64,000 nt of DNA from Bacteroidota bacterium (GTDB lineage Bacteria > Bacteroidota > Bacteroidia > Flavobacteriales_F > PHOS-HE28): contig JACTMO010000066.1 in NCBI GenBank assembly GCA_014584605.1, positions 42,923 to 106,922 of the forward strand. The letters are read 5' to 3'. Position numbers and translations under genes: made by a program. Shown one piece after another: positions 51,803 through 61,367 of the stretch. The notes beneath the pieces were generated by a model. It made no database searches. It was not told the origin of the DNA and was given only the letters and a program-made list of their open reading frames with translations. Numbering within the stretch: the first letter of the stretch is position 1; each line of letters opens with the position of its first letter.

Positions 51803-52501
51803 TCAGGGAGTGAACTTGTACCCCACCCCGCGCACGCTGTGGAAGTGCACGGGGTTGCGCCCGTCGGGCTCGAACAGCTTGCGGAAGGCCACGATGAAGT
51901 TGTCGATGGTGCGCGTGGTGGGGAACACGTCGTAGCCCCAGACCTTGTGGAGGATCTCCTCGCGGGAGACCACCTCTCCGGCGTGCTCGATCAGCAGGCG
52001 CAGCAGCATCACCTCGCGCTGCGAAAGGGCCCGGGAACCGCCCACACCATGTGCCTCGTAGGCCACCAGGTCCACCTCGTTGGGACCGAAGCGGTAGCGG
52101 TCCGGCACGGCGACAGGCCCCCGCTCCTGCGGGCGCGCCACCAGCTTGGCGAGCCGCAGCATCAATTCCTCCAGGTCGAAGGGCTTGCCCAGGTGGTCGT
52201 CGCCCGTGCGCAGGCCGCGCACCCGGTCGGCCACCGCCGTGCGGGCCGTAAGAAAGAGCACCGGGGTGCGGTCCCCTTCCAGGCGGACCTTCTCACACAC
52301 GGCAAAGCCGTCCATGCCGGGCAGCATCACGTCCATCACCGCCGCATCGAAGCGGGCCCCGCGCAGGCGCTCCAACGCCTCGGGGCCCGTGGTCGCCGTG
52401 GTCACGTGGTAACCCTCCAGTTCCAGGTTCAGGCGCAGCGTCTGGCGCAGGCTCTCCTCGTCCTCCACCAGCAACACGCGGGGCTTGCCATCCGGATGCA
52501 T
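51803..52501 (-). CDS. OmpR/PhoB-family response regulator (REC plus winged helix)
   Basis: …PRVLLVEDEESL…AVMDVMLPGMDGF… receiver domain; C-terminal …VHFHSVRGVGYKF wing. Start taken at MHPDGKPRVLLV; an ATG at 52546 is the alternative. Confidence 0.85.
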   Translation of the reverse strand: MHPDGKPRVLLVEDEESLRQTLRLNLELEGYHVTTATTGPEALERLRGARFDAAVMDVMLPGMDGFAVCEKVRLEGDRTPVLFLTARTAVADRVRGLRTGDDHLGKPFDLEELMLRLAKLVARPQERGPVAVPDRYRFGPNEVDLVAYEAHGVGGSRALSQREVMLLRLLIEHAGEVVSREEILHKVWGYDVFPTTRTIDNFIVAFRKLFEPDGRNPVHFHSVRGVGYKFTP

Positions 52502-52535
52502 GAGGGACAAAGATCGGCACGGGTACCTTTGGCCC

Positions 52536-52973
52536 ATGCGATTCACCGCGGCTCATGCCGAAACCGCCGACAGCTTCCGGGCCGGCACCCTGAGCGAACA
52601 CCTCGACATCCGATTCTCGGCCGACGCACAAGGACGTCTCACCGCCAGCATGCCGGTGGACGAGCGCACCGTTCAACCCATGGGCCAGCTGCACGGCGGC
52701 GCCACGGTGGCCCTGGCCGAAACGCTCGGCAGCGTGGCCTCGGCCCTGTTGGTGCTGCCCGAAGGTCGGCAGGTGGTGGGTGTGGAAGTGAACGCCAACC
52801 ACCTGAAGGCCGTGCGCGGCGGTCGTGTGACCGCCACGGCCGAGCCCCTGCACATCGGCCGCACCACCCATGTGTGGGATGTGCGGGTGCGCAATGCGGC
52901 CGACGAGCTGTGCGCCGTGTGCCGCCTCACCAATGTCGTGCTGCTGGGGCCCGTGGCCCCCAACCCCGCATGA
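52536..52973 (+). CDS. PaaI/YbgC-type hotdog thioesterase, probable 1,4-dihydroxy-2-naphthoyl-CoA thioesterase of the men operon
   Basis: …QPMGQLHGGATVALAETLGS… hotdog-fold signature. Its stop overlaps the menF ATG (ATGA), so co-transcription with men genes is likely. The function is inferred from context. Confidence 0.7.
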   Translation: MRFTAAHAETADSFRAGTLSEHLDIRFSADAQGRLTASMPVDERTVQPMGQLHGGATVALAETLGSVASALLVLPEGRQVVGVEVNANHLKAVRGGRVTATAEPLHIGRTTHVWDVRVRNAADELCAVCRLTNVVLLGPVAPNPA

Positions 52974-54097
52974 GCACCGCCAGCCCTCTGCACCAGGCCC
53001 TGAGCCTCTGCCTGGAGCGGCGGCTCACCTTCGCCGCGTTCCGCGTACCGGGCGGGCCGGTGACGCTCTGGGCGCAGCGCAACCCGGACCTGGAACCCGT
53101 GGATGCCGCCTTCCTGGGGCGCCTCAACGAAGTGTTCCTGGTGGCCCCCTTCGACCTCGATACCCGCCGCACCTGTTTCGTGCGCAGCGACGTGGAGCTC
53201 ACCTTCGGCGAGCTGCCCCTCTCGCTGGACGCCCTGCACGGTTGCACCGGCGGCCCGGTGCGCGAGCGCACGCCCGCACCCGATGCCGACCGCGTCGGCT
53301 TCGAGGACCTGGTGCGCAGGGCCAAGGCCGCCATCGCCGCCGGGACCCTGGAGAAAGTGGTGGCCTCGCGCACCCTGACCATGCCCCTGGACCGGGCCAT
53401 GCTCGCGACCCTGTTCGAGGACGGGCTGCAGCGCATGCCCCAGGCCCTGCTGGCCCTGGTGCATACCCCCGCGCACGGCACCTGGCTGGGAGCCTCCCCG
53501 GAACGCCTGCTGGAGGCTGAGGACGACCGGGTGCGCCTGGATGCCCTCGCCGGCACCCGCCCCCGCTCCGATGCGCCGCCCGGCCCGGAGGGCTGGGGGG
53601 CCAAGGAACGCCATGAGCAGGCCCTCGTTGCGCGCGAGGTGGTGGGCCGCCTCATCGAGCTGGGCCTGCCGCAGATCGCCCTGCGCGGTCCGCGGACGGT
53701 GGAAGCCGGTGGCGTGTGCCACCTGCGCACCGAGGTGGAGGCCGAACTTGGCCCGTGCTGCCTGGAGGACGTGCTGGTGGCCGTGCACCCCACACCGGCC
53801 GTGGGCGGCACCCCCCGGCAGGCGGCCGCCCGCTTCATCGCCGCGAACGACGGACCCGGGCGTGGCCTGTACACCGGCTTCTGGGGGCCGTGGAACGCCG
53901 ATGGCCGCACGGAGATCTTCGTCAACATCCGCTGCCTGGAGGCCCTGGGCGGGCACGTCGTCCTGCACGCCGGTGCGGGCATCACCGCCGCCTCCGAACC
54001 GGAGGCCGAATGGCGTGAGACGGAGGACAAGCTGGCCGCCTGGACCGCCGCCATTCGGTCGATGCACGCGAGCCGGGTATCTTCACCCGCCCGATGA
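52970..54097 (+). CDS. menF: Isochorismate synthase (menaquinone-specific)
   Basis: Chorismate-binding C-terminal domain (…HPTPAVGGTP…LYTGFWGPW…IRCLEALGG…). First gene of the menD-menB cluster. Confidence 0.85.
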   Translation: MSTASPLHQALSLCLERRLTFAAFRVPGGPVTLWAQRNPDLEPVDAAFLGRLNEVFLVAPFDLDTRRTCFVRSDVELTFGELPLSLDALHGCTGGPVRERTPAPDADRVGFEDLVRRAKAAIAAGTLEKVVASRTLTMPLDRAMLATLFEDGLQRMPQALLALVHTPAHGTWLGASPERLLEAEDDRVRLDALAGTRPRSDAPPGPEGWGAKERHEQALVAREVVGRLIELGLPQIALRGPRTVEAGGVCHLRTEVEAELGPCCLEDVLVAVHPTPAVGGTPRQAAARFIAANDGPGRGLYTGFWGPWNADGRTEIFVNIRCLEALGGHVVLHAGAGITAASEPEAEWRETEDKLAAWTAAIRSMHASRVSSPAR

Positions 54098-55797
54098 CCT
54101 CCGACCACTTCGTCGCCGCCGAGCTTGCCCGGCTCTGCGCCGCCAAGGGGGTCCGCCACGCCGTTGTCAGCCCGGGTTCGCGCAGCGCACCCCTGGTGAT
54201 CGCCTTCCTCGGCCGGTCCGACATCTCCTGCGCACGCGTGATCGACGAGCGCAGCGCGGCCTTCTTCGCCCTGGGCATGGCGCAGCAGCTGCACGCACCC
54301 GTAGCCCTGATCTGCACCAGCGGCAGCGCCGTGCTCAACTACGGCCCGGCCATCGCCGAGGCCTTCTACCAGCGCGTACCCCTGCTGGTGATCACCGCCG
54401 ACCGCCCTGCGGAGTGGGTGGACCAGGGCGAGGGCCAGGCCATCCGCCAGCAGGACGTGCTCGCCCTGCACATGAAACGCAGCATCCAGCTGCCGAGGAA
54501 CCCGCATGACGAGCTCGCCCGCTGGCAGTGCGGCCGCCTGATCAACGAGGCCATCGACGCCACGCTGCTGCCCGTACCGGGCCCCGTGCACGTGAACGTG
54601 CCCTTCGCCGAACCGCTGTACGGCCGGGCGGAACACCGGGAAGCGGACCAGGGTCGCCTGATCGCCCCGGTGATGACCGAGCCCTTCATCCTGCCCGACC
54701 ATGCCCGCTGGCTCATCGGCCAGGTGAGCGCATGCCGCAAGGTGATGGTGCTCGCCGGGCAGGGCCTGTGGAGCGAAGGGCTGAAGGCCCAACTGAAACG
54801 CCTGGCCACCCTGCCGCAGGTCACCGTGCATACCGAGGCCACCAGCAACCTGGACGACAGCACCTTCATCACCTGCATCGACCGGGCGATCGAGGGCGTG
54901 AACGCCAGCAACGAGCACGACCTGAGGCCCGACCTGCTGATCACCTTCGGGGGAGCGGTGGTGAGCAAGCGCATCAAGACGCTGCTGCGGAAATGGCGGC
55001 CGGAACAGCACTGGAACGTGGACGCCGGCCAGCGGCACCACGACACCTACCAGAGCCTCACGCACGACATCGCCGTGAACCCGGAGATCTTCTTCGCGCA
55101 GATCATGAACGGCGCCCAGGCCAGCGAGAGCATCTACGGCGAGGCCTGGCGCATGGTGGACGAACGGATGCGCGGTACGCACGCCAGGCTGCTGGTCAGA
55201 ACGCCGTTCTGCGACCTCAGCGTGTTCAACACCCTGAACGACCGGATCCCGGGCGACAGCGACGTGCACCTGGCCAACAGCACACCGGCGCGTTACGCGC
55301 AGCTCTTCGACCGGGTGCGGGGCATCCGCTGGTTCAGCAACCGCGGCACCAGCGGCATCGACGGCTGCACCAGCACCGCCGTGGGCGCCGCCCACGCCAC
55401 GAAGATGCTCACCACCCTCATCACAGGTGACATCGCTTTCTGCTACGACAGCAACGCGCTCTGGAACGAGCACCTGTCGCCCCTGCTGAAGATCATCGTG
55501 ATCGACAACGGCGGCGGCAACATCTTCCGCTACATCGACGGGCCGGACAGGCACCCCGAACTGCTTCCCTGGTTCGAGGCACCGCATGCGCGGAGCATCG
55601 AGAAGCTGGTGCGGAGCTTCGACCTGCCGTACTTCCACGCCAACGACCAGCCCTCCCTGGAGCAGGGCCTCGACCAGCTGTACAGGACGCACGACCGACC
55701 CGCCGTGCTCCACATCACCACCGATGCGCAGCTCTCCCCGAAGGTGCTGCGCGACCATTTCAAGCAACTCCGCGAGGCCGGGGCAACCCCGGCATGA
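54094..55797 (+). CDS. menD: SEPHCHC synthase (2-succinyl-5-enolpyruvyl-6-hydroxy-3-cyclohexene-1-carboxylate synthase), ThDP-dependent
   Basis: …[17 protein letters not shown]… parallels E. coli MenD GVRHICIAPGSRSTPL; three-domain ThDP architecture, 567 aa. Confidence 0.9.
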   Translation: MTSDHFVAAELARLCAAKGVRHAVVSPGSRSAPLVIAFLGRSDISCARVIDERSAAFFALGMAQQLHAPVALICTSGSAVLNYGPAIAEAFYQRVPLLVITADRPAEWVDQGEGQAIRQQDVLALHMKRSIQLPRNPHDELARWQCGRLINEAIDATLLPVPGPVHVNVPFAEPLYGRAEHREADQGRLIAPVMTEPFILPDHARWLIGQVSACRKVMVLAGQGLWSEGLKAQLKRLATLPQVTVHTEATSNLDDSTFITCIDRAIEGVNASNEHDLRPDLLITFGGAVVSKRIKTLLRKWRPEQHWNVDAGQRHHDTYQSLTHDIAVNPEIFFAQIMNGAQASESIYGEAWRMVDERMRGTHARLLVRTPFCDLSVFNTLNDRIPGDSDVHLANSTPARYAQLFDRVRGIRWFSNRGTSGIDGCTSTAVGAAHATKMLTTLITGDIAFCYDSNALWNEHLSPLLKIIVIDNGGGNIFRYIDGPDRHPELLPWFEAPHARSIEKLVRSFDLPYFHANDQPSLEQGLDQLYRTHDRPAVLHITTDAQLSPKVLRDHFKQLREAGATPA

Positions 55798-55801
55798 CAC
55801 G

Positions 55802-56623
<822 letters not shown>

Positions 56624-56707
56624 AGGGCATTTTCAACGCAGGGACGCGGAGTTTCGCGGAGGATGTCCTCCCTCGCCAACTTCAGTGCCCCGCCCTAACT
56701 TTACGGC

Positions 56708-56935
56708 ATGCGTGAGGAACTGATCGAGATCAAGCCGGACCTGGCCAACGGCAAGCCCGTGGTGAAGGGCACGCGCATCACTGTACAGTCGGTGCTTGAA
56801 CTGCTGGCGGCGGGCGATGATGTGGAGGAGGTGCTGAAGGCGTATCCGTCCATCACGCGTGAGCATGTGCTGGCCTGTGTGGAAATGGCCGCGCGCATCA
56901 TGGGGAACCGTTTCTCCGCCCTGCCGTTGGCATGA
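56708..56935 (+). CDS. DUF433-family small protein (antitoxin-like component)
   Basis: …KPDLANGKPVVKGTRITVQSVLELLAAGDDVEEVLKAYPSITREHVLACVEMAA… matches the DUF433 consensus (GkPvi.GTRI.V..vl..l..G.s.eeil..YP.l…). Confidence 0.7.
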   Translation: MREELIEIKPDLANGKPVVKGTRITVQSVLELLAAGDDVEEVLKAYPSITREHVLACVEMAARIMGNRFSALPLA

Positions 56936-57198
56936 AGGGGCTTCTGATCGACGAGAACCTGCCGTTGCCCACGGTGCTTCCGACCACGCTGCCCATCGTT
57001 CATTCGCGCCAATCGGGTGCGCAGCCCAGCGACTCGTTCCTTTGGCAGCATGCCATAGCGCACGACCTTACGATCGTCACGAAGGACGCCGATCTCTCCG
57101 AACGCATCCAGTTGAGCGGACCGCCACCTCGCATCGTTCACCTGCGAGTAGGCAATATGCGGCGCACCGACTTCATCCAGTGGCTGTACAAGCAATGA
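56932..57198 (+). CDS. DUF5615-family PIN-like protein (toxin-like component)
   Basis: MKGLLIDENLPLP…AHDLTIVTKDADLSE… matches DUF5615 (M.k.l.DENl…). It overlaps the DUF433 stop (ATGA), and its own stop overlaps the menA ATG. Confidence 0.7.
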   Translation: MKGLLIDENLPLPTVLPTTLPIVHSRQSGAQPSDSFLWQHAIAHDLTIVTKDADLSERIQLSGPPPRIVHLRVGNMRRTDFIQWLYKQ

Positions 57199-58190
57199 CC
57201 TGCGATCGAGGCGGCCTTGCCTCAACACAAGCTGGTGAACGTGTATCACGACCATTTGGAACTGATCGCCTGACGGTGAAACAATGGCTCCACGCCTTTA
57301 GGCTGCGCACCCTGCCGCTTGCGGTAAGCAGCATCATCGTGGGGAGTGCGTTGGCCTGTATGGTGGATGGTGAGGTCATGGGCAACCCCGGCTTCAGACG
57401 CAGCGTTCTCGTTCTTGCCCTGCTCACCGCCGTACTCCTTCAGATCCTAAGCAATCTCGCCAACGACCTCGGGGATCACCAGCACGGCACGGACAACAAC
57501 GAGCGCGTGGGACCTCAACGTGCAGTGCAGAGCGGTGCGATCACACCAGCACAGATGAAGCTCGCGATGGTCATCTGCGGCGCTCTTGCATTCCTTAGTG
57601 GTGCTGTCCTGATCACGATCGCCCTCGGTTTCACCGTGCGCACCTTGCTCTTCCTCCTGCTCGGGATCGCGGCCATCGCGGCCGCCGTGCGTTACACCTT
57701 CGGCAGGAACCCCTACGGCTACGCAGGCCTGGGCGATCTCAGTGTGTTCCTCTTCTTCGGGCTCGTGGGCGTTTGCGGGACCTTCTATCTGCACACCCGG
57801 ACGTTCCTGCCGCATGTCCTTGTGCCGGCAACGGCGTTCGGGCTGCTCAGTGCCGGTGTGCTCAACGTGAACAACATGCGCGACATCGACAACGATGCGG
57901 CCAGCGGCAAACGCACCCTGGTGGTGCGCATGGGCAGTGCCAACGCCAGGGTCTATCACAGCTTCCTGGTGACGGGCGGCCTGGTGCTGCTGGTGCTCTT
58001 CACCCTGTTCCTCCAAGTGTCGCCCTGGCAATGGGCCTTCCTGCTCGCACTGCCGATGTTCGCTGTGCACCTCAACCGCGTGTGGACCGCCCCCACGCCT
58101 CGCGCGCTCGACCCGCAACTGAAGGTGCTGGCCCTGGGCACCTTCCTCACCGCACTGCTCTTCTCGCTGGGCCTTATCCTTGCGGGATGA
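57197..58190 (+). CDS. menA: 1,4-dihydroxy-2-naphthoate polyprenyltransferase
   Basis: …VKQWLHAFRLRTLPLAVSSIIVGSALA… parallels E. coli MenA TQAWLESLRPKTLPLAFAAIIVG; UbiA-family Asp-rich motif NLANDLGDHQHGTDNNER; 8-9 TM helices. The start is either the ATG at 57197 or the in-frame GTG at 57276. Confidence 0.85.
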
Positions 58191-59239
58191 TCGCCGCGCG
58201 CTGGGTCGAGCACACCCTGCACCCCGTCTTCCCGCTGGGCACCTCCAAGGGCACGATCAACGCCCGTACGGTCTGGTACCTGCTGGCCTGGGACACCGAG
58301 CGCCCCGAGGTGTGCGGCATCGGTGAGGCCGCGCTCTTCCCCGGCCACAGCAAGGAATACCCGGCCGATGTACGCACCAAGCTGCTGGAACTGTGCCAGC
58401 ATACCGGGGACTGGGCCCGGCGCCTGGGCGACGACCTGGTGGACGTGCCCAGCGTGCGCTTCGCCGTGGAGCAGTGCCTGAAGGACCTCGAGGCCGGCGG
58501 CACCAAGACGCTCTTCCCCTCGGCGTTCACACTGGGGCGGCAGCACATCCCGATCAACGGCCTGGTCTGGATGGGCGACAAGGCCACCATGAAACGGCGG
58601 ATCCGCGAGCAGCTCGAGGGCGGCTTCACCACCGTGAAGATGAAGATCGGCGCCCTCGGCATGGACGACGAGCTGGAGCTGCTGAAGGCCGTGCGTGCCG
58701 AGTACGGACCGGAGCACATCACCCTGCGCGTCGATGCCAACGGTGCCTACAACGCACAACAGGCCCCGGAGGTGCTGAAGCGCCTGGCCGACCTCCAGGT
58801 GCACAGCATCGAGCAGCCGCTGCCGCCGGGGCAGTTCGAGCTGATGGCCGAGCTCTGTTCGGACACGCCCGTACCCATCGCGCTGGACGAGGACCTCATA
58901 GGCCACAACACGCGCGACACGAAGGTGGACCTGCTGAACAACCTGCGCCCGCAGTTCATCGTGATCAAGCCGAGCCTGGTGGGCGGCTGGGCGGCCACCC
59001 GGGAGTGGATCGACCTGGCCAGGGCGCGCGGCATCGGTTGGTGGATCACCTCGGCCCTGGAGAGCAGCATCGGCCTGAACGCCGTCGCCCAGTTCACCGC
59101 CACGCTGGACGTGGACATCGCCCAGGGCCTCGGGACGGGAAAGGTCTATGCCAACAACTTCCCCTCGCCCCTGTTCGCCGAGCGCGGTTCGCTCCGCTAC
59201 CGGCCCGAGGCCGAGTGGGACCTGAGCGCACTGCCGTGA
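58185..59239 (+). CDS. menC: o-Succinylbenzoate synthase (enolase superfamily)
   Basis: …KMKIGALGMDDELELLKAVRAEYGPEHITLRVDANGAY… (KxK and metal ligands) and …IEQPLPP…DEDL… second/third metal ligands. Confidence 0.8.
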
Positions 59240-60300
59240 ACCCCTTCACCCGGCTCACGGTGGACGGTGTCACCCTGGAAGGCGATGCCATCGTCAACTG
59301 GGCCGATGCCCTGGAGGCTCATTCCACCGGCGCTCCCGAAGAGGCCGCCATGCTGCGGACAACGGTGCGTGAGCTGCTGCGCGGCGAAGGGCTGTCGGCC
59401 ACCACCAGCGGGACCACCGGGCCGCCCAAGCGCATCACCATCCCCGTGGAGGACCTGGTGGCCAGCGCCCGGCTCACGGGACGCACGTTCGGCCTCCGCC
59501 CCGGCGACCGCGTGCTGCATTGCCTTCCGGGCAGCTTCGTGGCCGGCAAGCTCATGCTCGTGCGTGCCTTCGTGCTGGGGCTGGACCTGCATGTGATCTC
59601 CCCGCGCGGCAGCGTGCTGGCCAAGCTCGGCGCGGCCGAGCGGTTCCGATTCGCGGCCATGGTGCCGTTGCAGCTGGCGCGGGCCCTGGACGAGGACCGG
59701 GAGCGCGTGGAGACGCAGTTCCACACGGTGCTGCTGGGCGGCGGTCCGGTGAGCGAGGCGCTGGGGCAGCGGCTGGCGGGCCTGCGCACGGAGGTGTTCC
59801 TGGGCTACGGCAGCACCGAGACCGTGACGCATGTGGCGTTGCGCCGACTCGGCGGGTCCCGGACCACGGACGCGTTCGCCGCACTGGGGGAGTGCCATTT
59901 CGCGCGCGACCCGCGCGGCTGCCTCGTGGTCCACACGCCGCACCTCAGCACCTTCCAGCACCGCACCAACGACCTGGTGCAGCTGGTGGACGACACGCAC
60001 TTCCGCTGGCTGGGGCGGTACGACAACGTGATCCTCAGCGGCGGGCGCAAGGTGCATCCCGAGCAGCTCGAGGCGCGCACCGCCGCGCTGATCCCAGAGC
60101 CGCACTATTTCAGCGGCATGCCGGATGTGCAGCTGGGCCAGGCGGTGATGCTGACCATCGAGACGGAACGGCCGCCGCAGGACGTGGTGCCCGAGGTGAT
60201 GGCGCGGCTGCTGCACGTGCTGCATCCGTACGAGATGCCGCGCCACATACGCACCCTGCCCCGCCTGGAGCGCACGAACAGCGGCAAGATCAGGCGCTGA
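59236..60300 (+). CDS. menE: o-Succinylbenzoate-CoA ligase (short ANL-family enzyme)
   Basis: …ATTSGTTGPPKRITI… (AMP motif), …FLGYGSTET…; C-terminal …PRLERTNSGKIRR. The apparent start is a GTG overlapping the menC stop; the first in-frame ATG lies 35 codons downstream. Confidence 0.75.
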   Translation: MNPFTRLTVDGVTLEGDAIVNWADALEAHSTGAPEEAAMLRTTVRELLRGEGLSATTSGTTGPPKRITIPVEDLVASARLTGRTFGLRPGDRVLHCLPGSFVAGKLMLVRAFVLGLDLHVISPRGSVLAKLGAAERFRFAAMVPLQLARALDEDRERVETQFHTVLLGGGPVSEALGQRLAGLRTEVFLGYGSTETVTHVALRRLGGSRTTDAFAALGECHFARDPRGCLVVHTPHLSTFQHRTNDLVQLVDDTHFRWLGRYDNVILSGGRKVHPEQLEARTAALIPEPHYFSGMPDVQLGQAVMLTIETERPPQDVVPEVMARLLHVLHPYEMPRHIRTLPRLERTNSGKIRR

Positions 60301-61367
60301 GGTCTTCAGCGGCGCCCCCTTCCATCGGGCGGGCCGCGGTGTAGGTGCGCCACCTGGCCAGCACCGCCTCCATGTCGGGCGGCAGCGGGCTCTCGAACCG
60401 CATGCGTGCACCGGTGGCGGGGTGATCGAACTCCAGCGTGCGTGCGTGCAGGGCCTGGCGCGGCAGCAGTGCGAAGCAGTTCTCCACGAACTGCCTGTAC
60501 TTGGTGAAGGTGGTGCCTTTCAGCACCCGGTCGCCGCCATAGGCCGCGTCGTTGAAAAGCGGGTGCCCGGCCCATTGCATGTGCACCCGGATCTGGTGGG
60601 TGCGCCCGGTCTCCAGCTTGCAATCCACCAGCGTGACGTAACGGAACCGCTCCACCACCCGCCAGCGCGTCAAGGCCGGCTTGCCCTGCTCGCCCCCGGG
60701 GAACACGTATTGCACCGTCCGGTCCTTGGGGCTGCGGCCGATGTGGGCCTCCAGCACGCCTTCGTCCTCCGCGAAGTCGCCCCACACCAGGGCCTGGTAG
60801 CGGCGGTCGCTGGTGCGCTCGAAGAACTGGCGGGCCAGGTGGGTGAGGGCCTCCTCGTTCTTGCCGATGACCATCACACCGCTGGTGTCCTTGTCCAGCC
60901 GGTGCACCAGTCCGGGCCGTGGGACCTCGGCCCCGGGCACCGCCGGCAGCCGGCCGAAGTGGAACAGCAGCGCGTTCACCAGGGTGCCCGTCCAGTTGCC
61001 GTGGCCCGGATGCACCACCAGGCCGGCGGGTTTGTCGATCACCACCACGTGATCGTCCTCGAACAGGACCCGCAGCGGGATGTCCTCCGGCTTCAGCTCC
61101 ACCTCCCGCTGGGGGTAGGGCAGCACGATGCTGATGACGTCGCCGGGCTTCACCTTCTGGCTGGGCTTGGCCGTGCGGTCGTTCACCCGCACATTGCCGG
61201 CCCGCGCGGCCACCTGGATCCGGTTGCGCGAGGTGTTCGCCAGGCGGTCGAAGAGGAACTTGTCCAGCCGCAGCAGCGTCTGGCCCGGGTCGCACACGAT
61301 GCGGTGGTGCTCGTAGAGCTCCTGCTCCTCGCCGCCTTCGAGCTCCCCGTCCCCGGCCCCCTGGCTC
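60290..61367 (-). CDS. RluA-family 23S rRNA pseudouridine synthase with an N-terminal S4 domain (RluD/RluC-like)
   Basis: S4 domain (…LRLDKFLFDRLANTSRNRIQVAARAGNVRVND…); catalytic …GLVHRLDKDTSGVMVIGKN…; convergent with menE, overlapping it by 11 bp. Confidence 0.85.

Noticed and set aside
51496-51803. Possible small RNA in the 300-bp intergenic region
   Set aside because: It contains a GC hairpin (51674-51692) best explained as a terminator. There is no tRNA-like cloverleaf or other recognisable RNA structure, and no evidence for a gene.
58393-60300. Long upstream extension of the menE ORF (and similarly of the menF, menA and menC ORFs in the track)
   Set aside because: The extensions are read-through of the upstream gene in another frame. 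Starts were placed at the first Met or GTG consistent with ortholog N-termini and stop/start overlaps.
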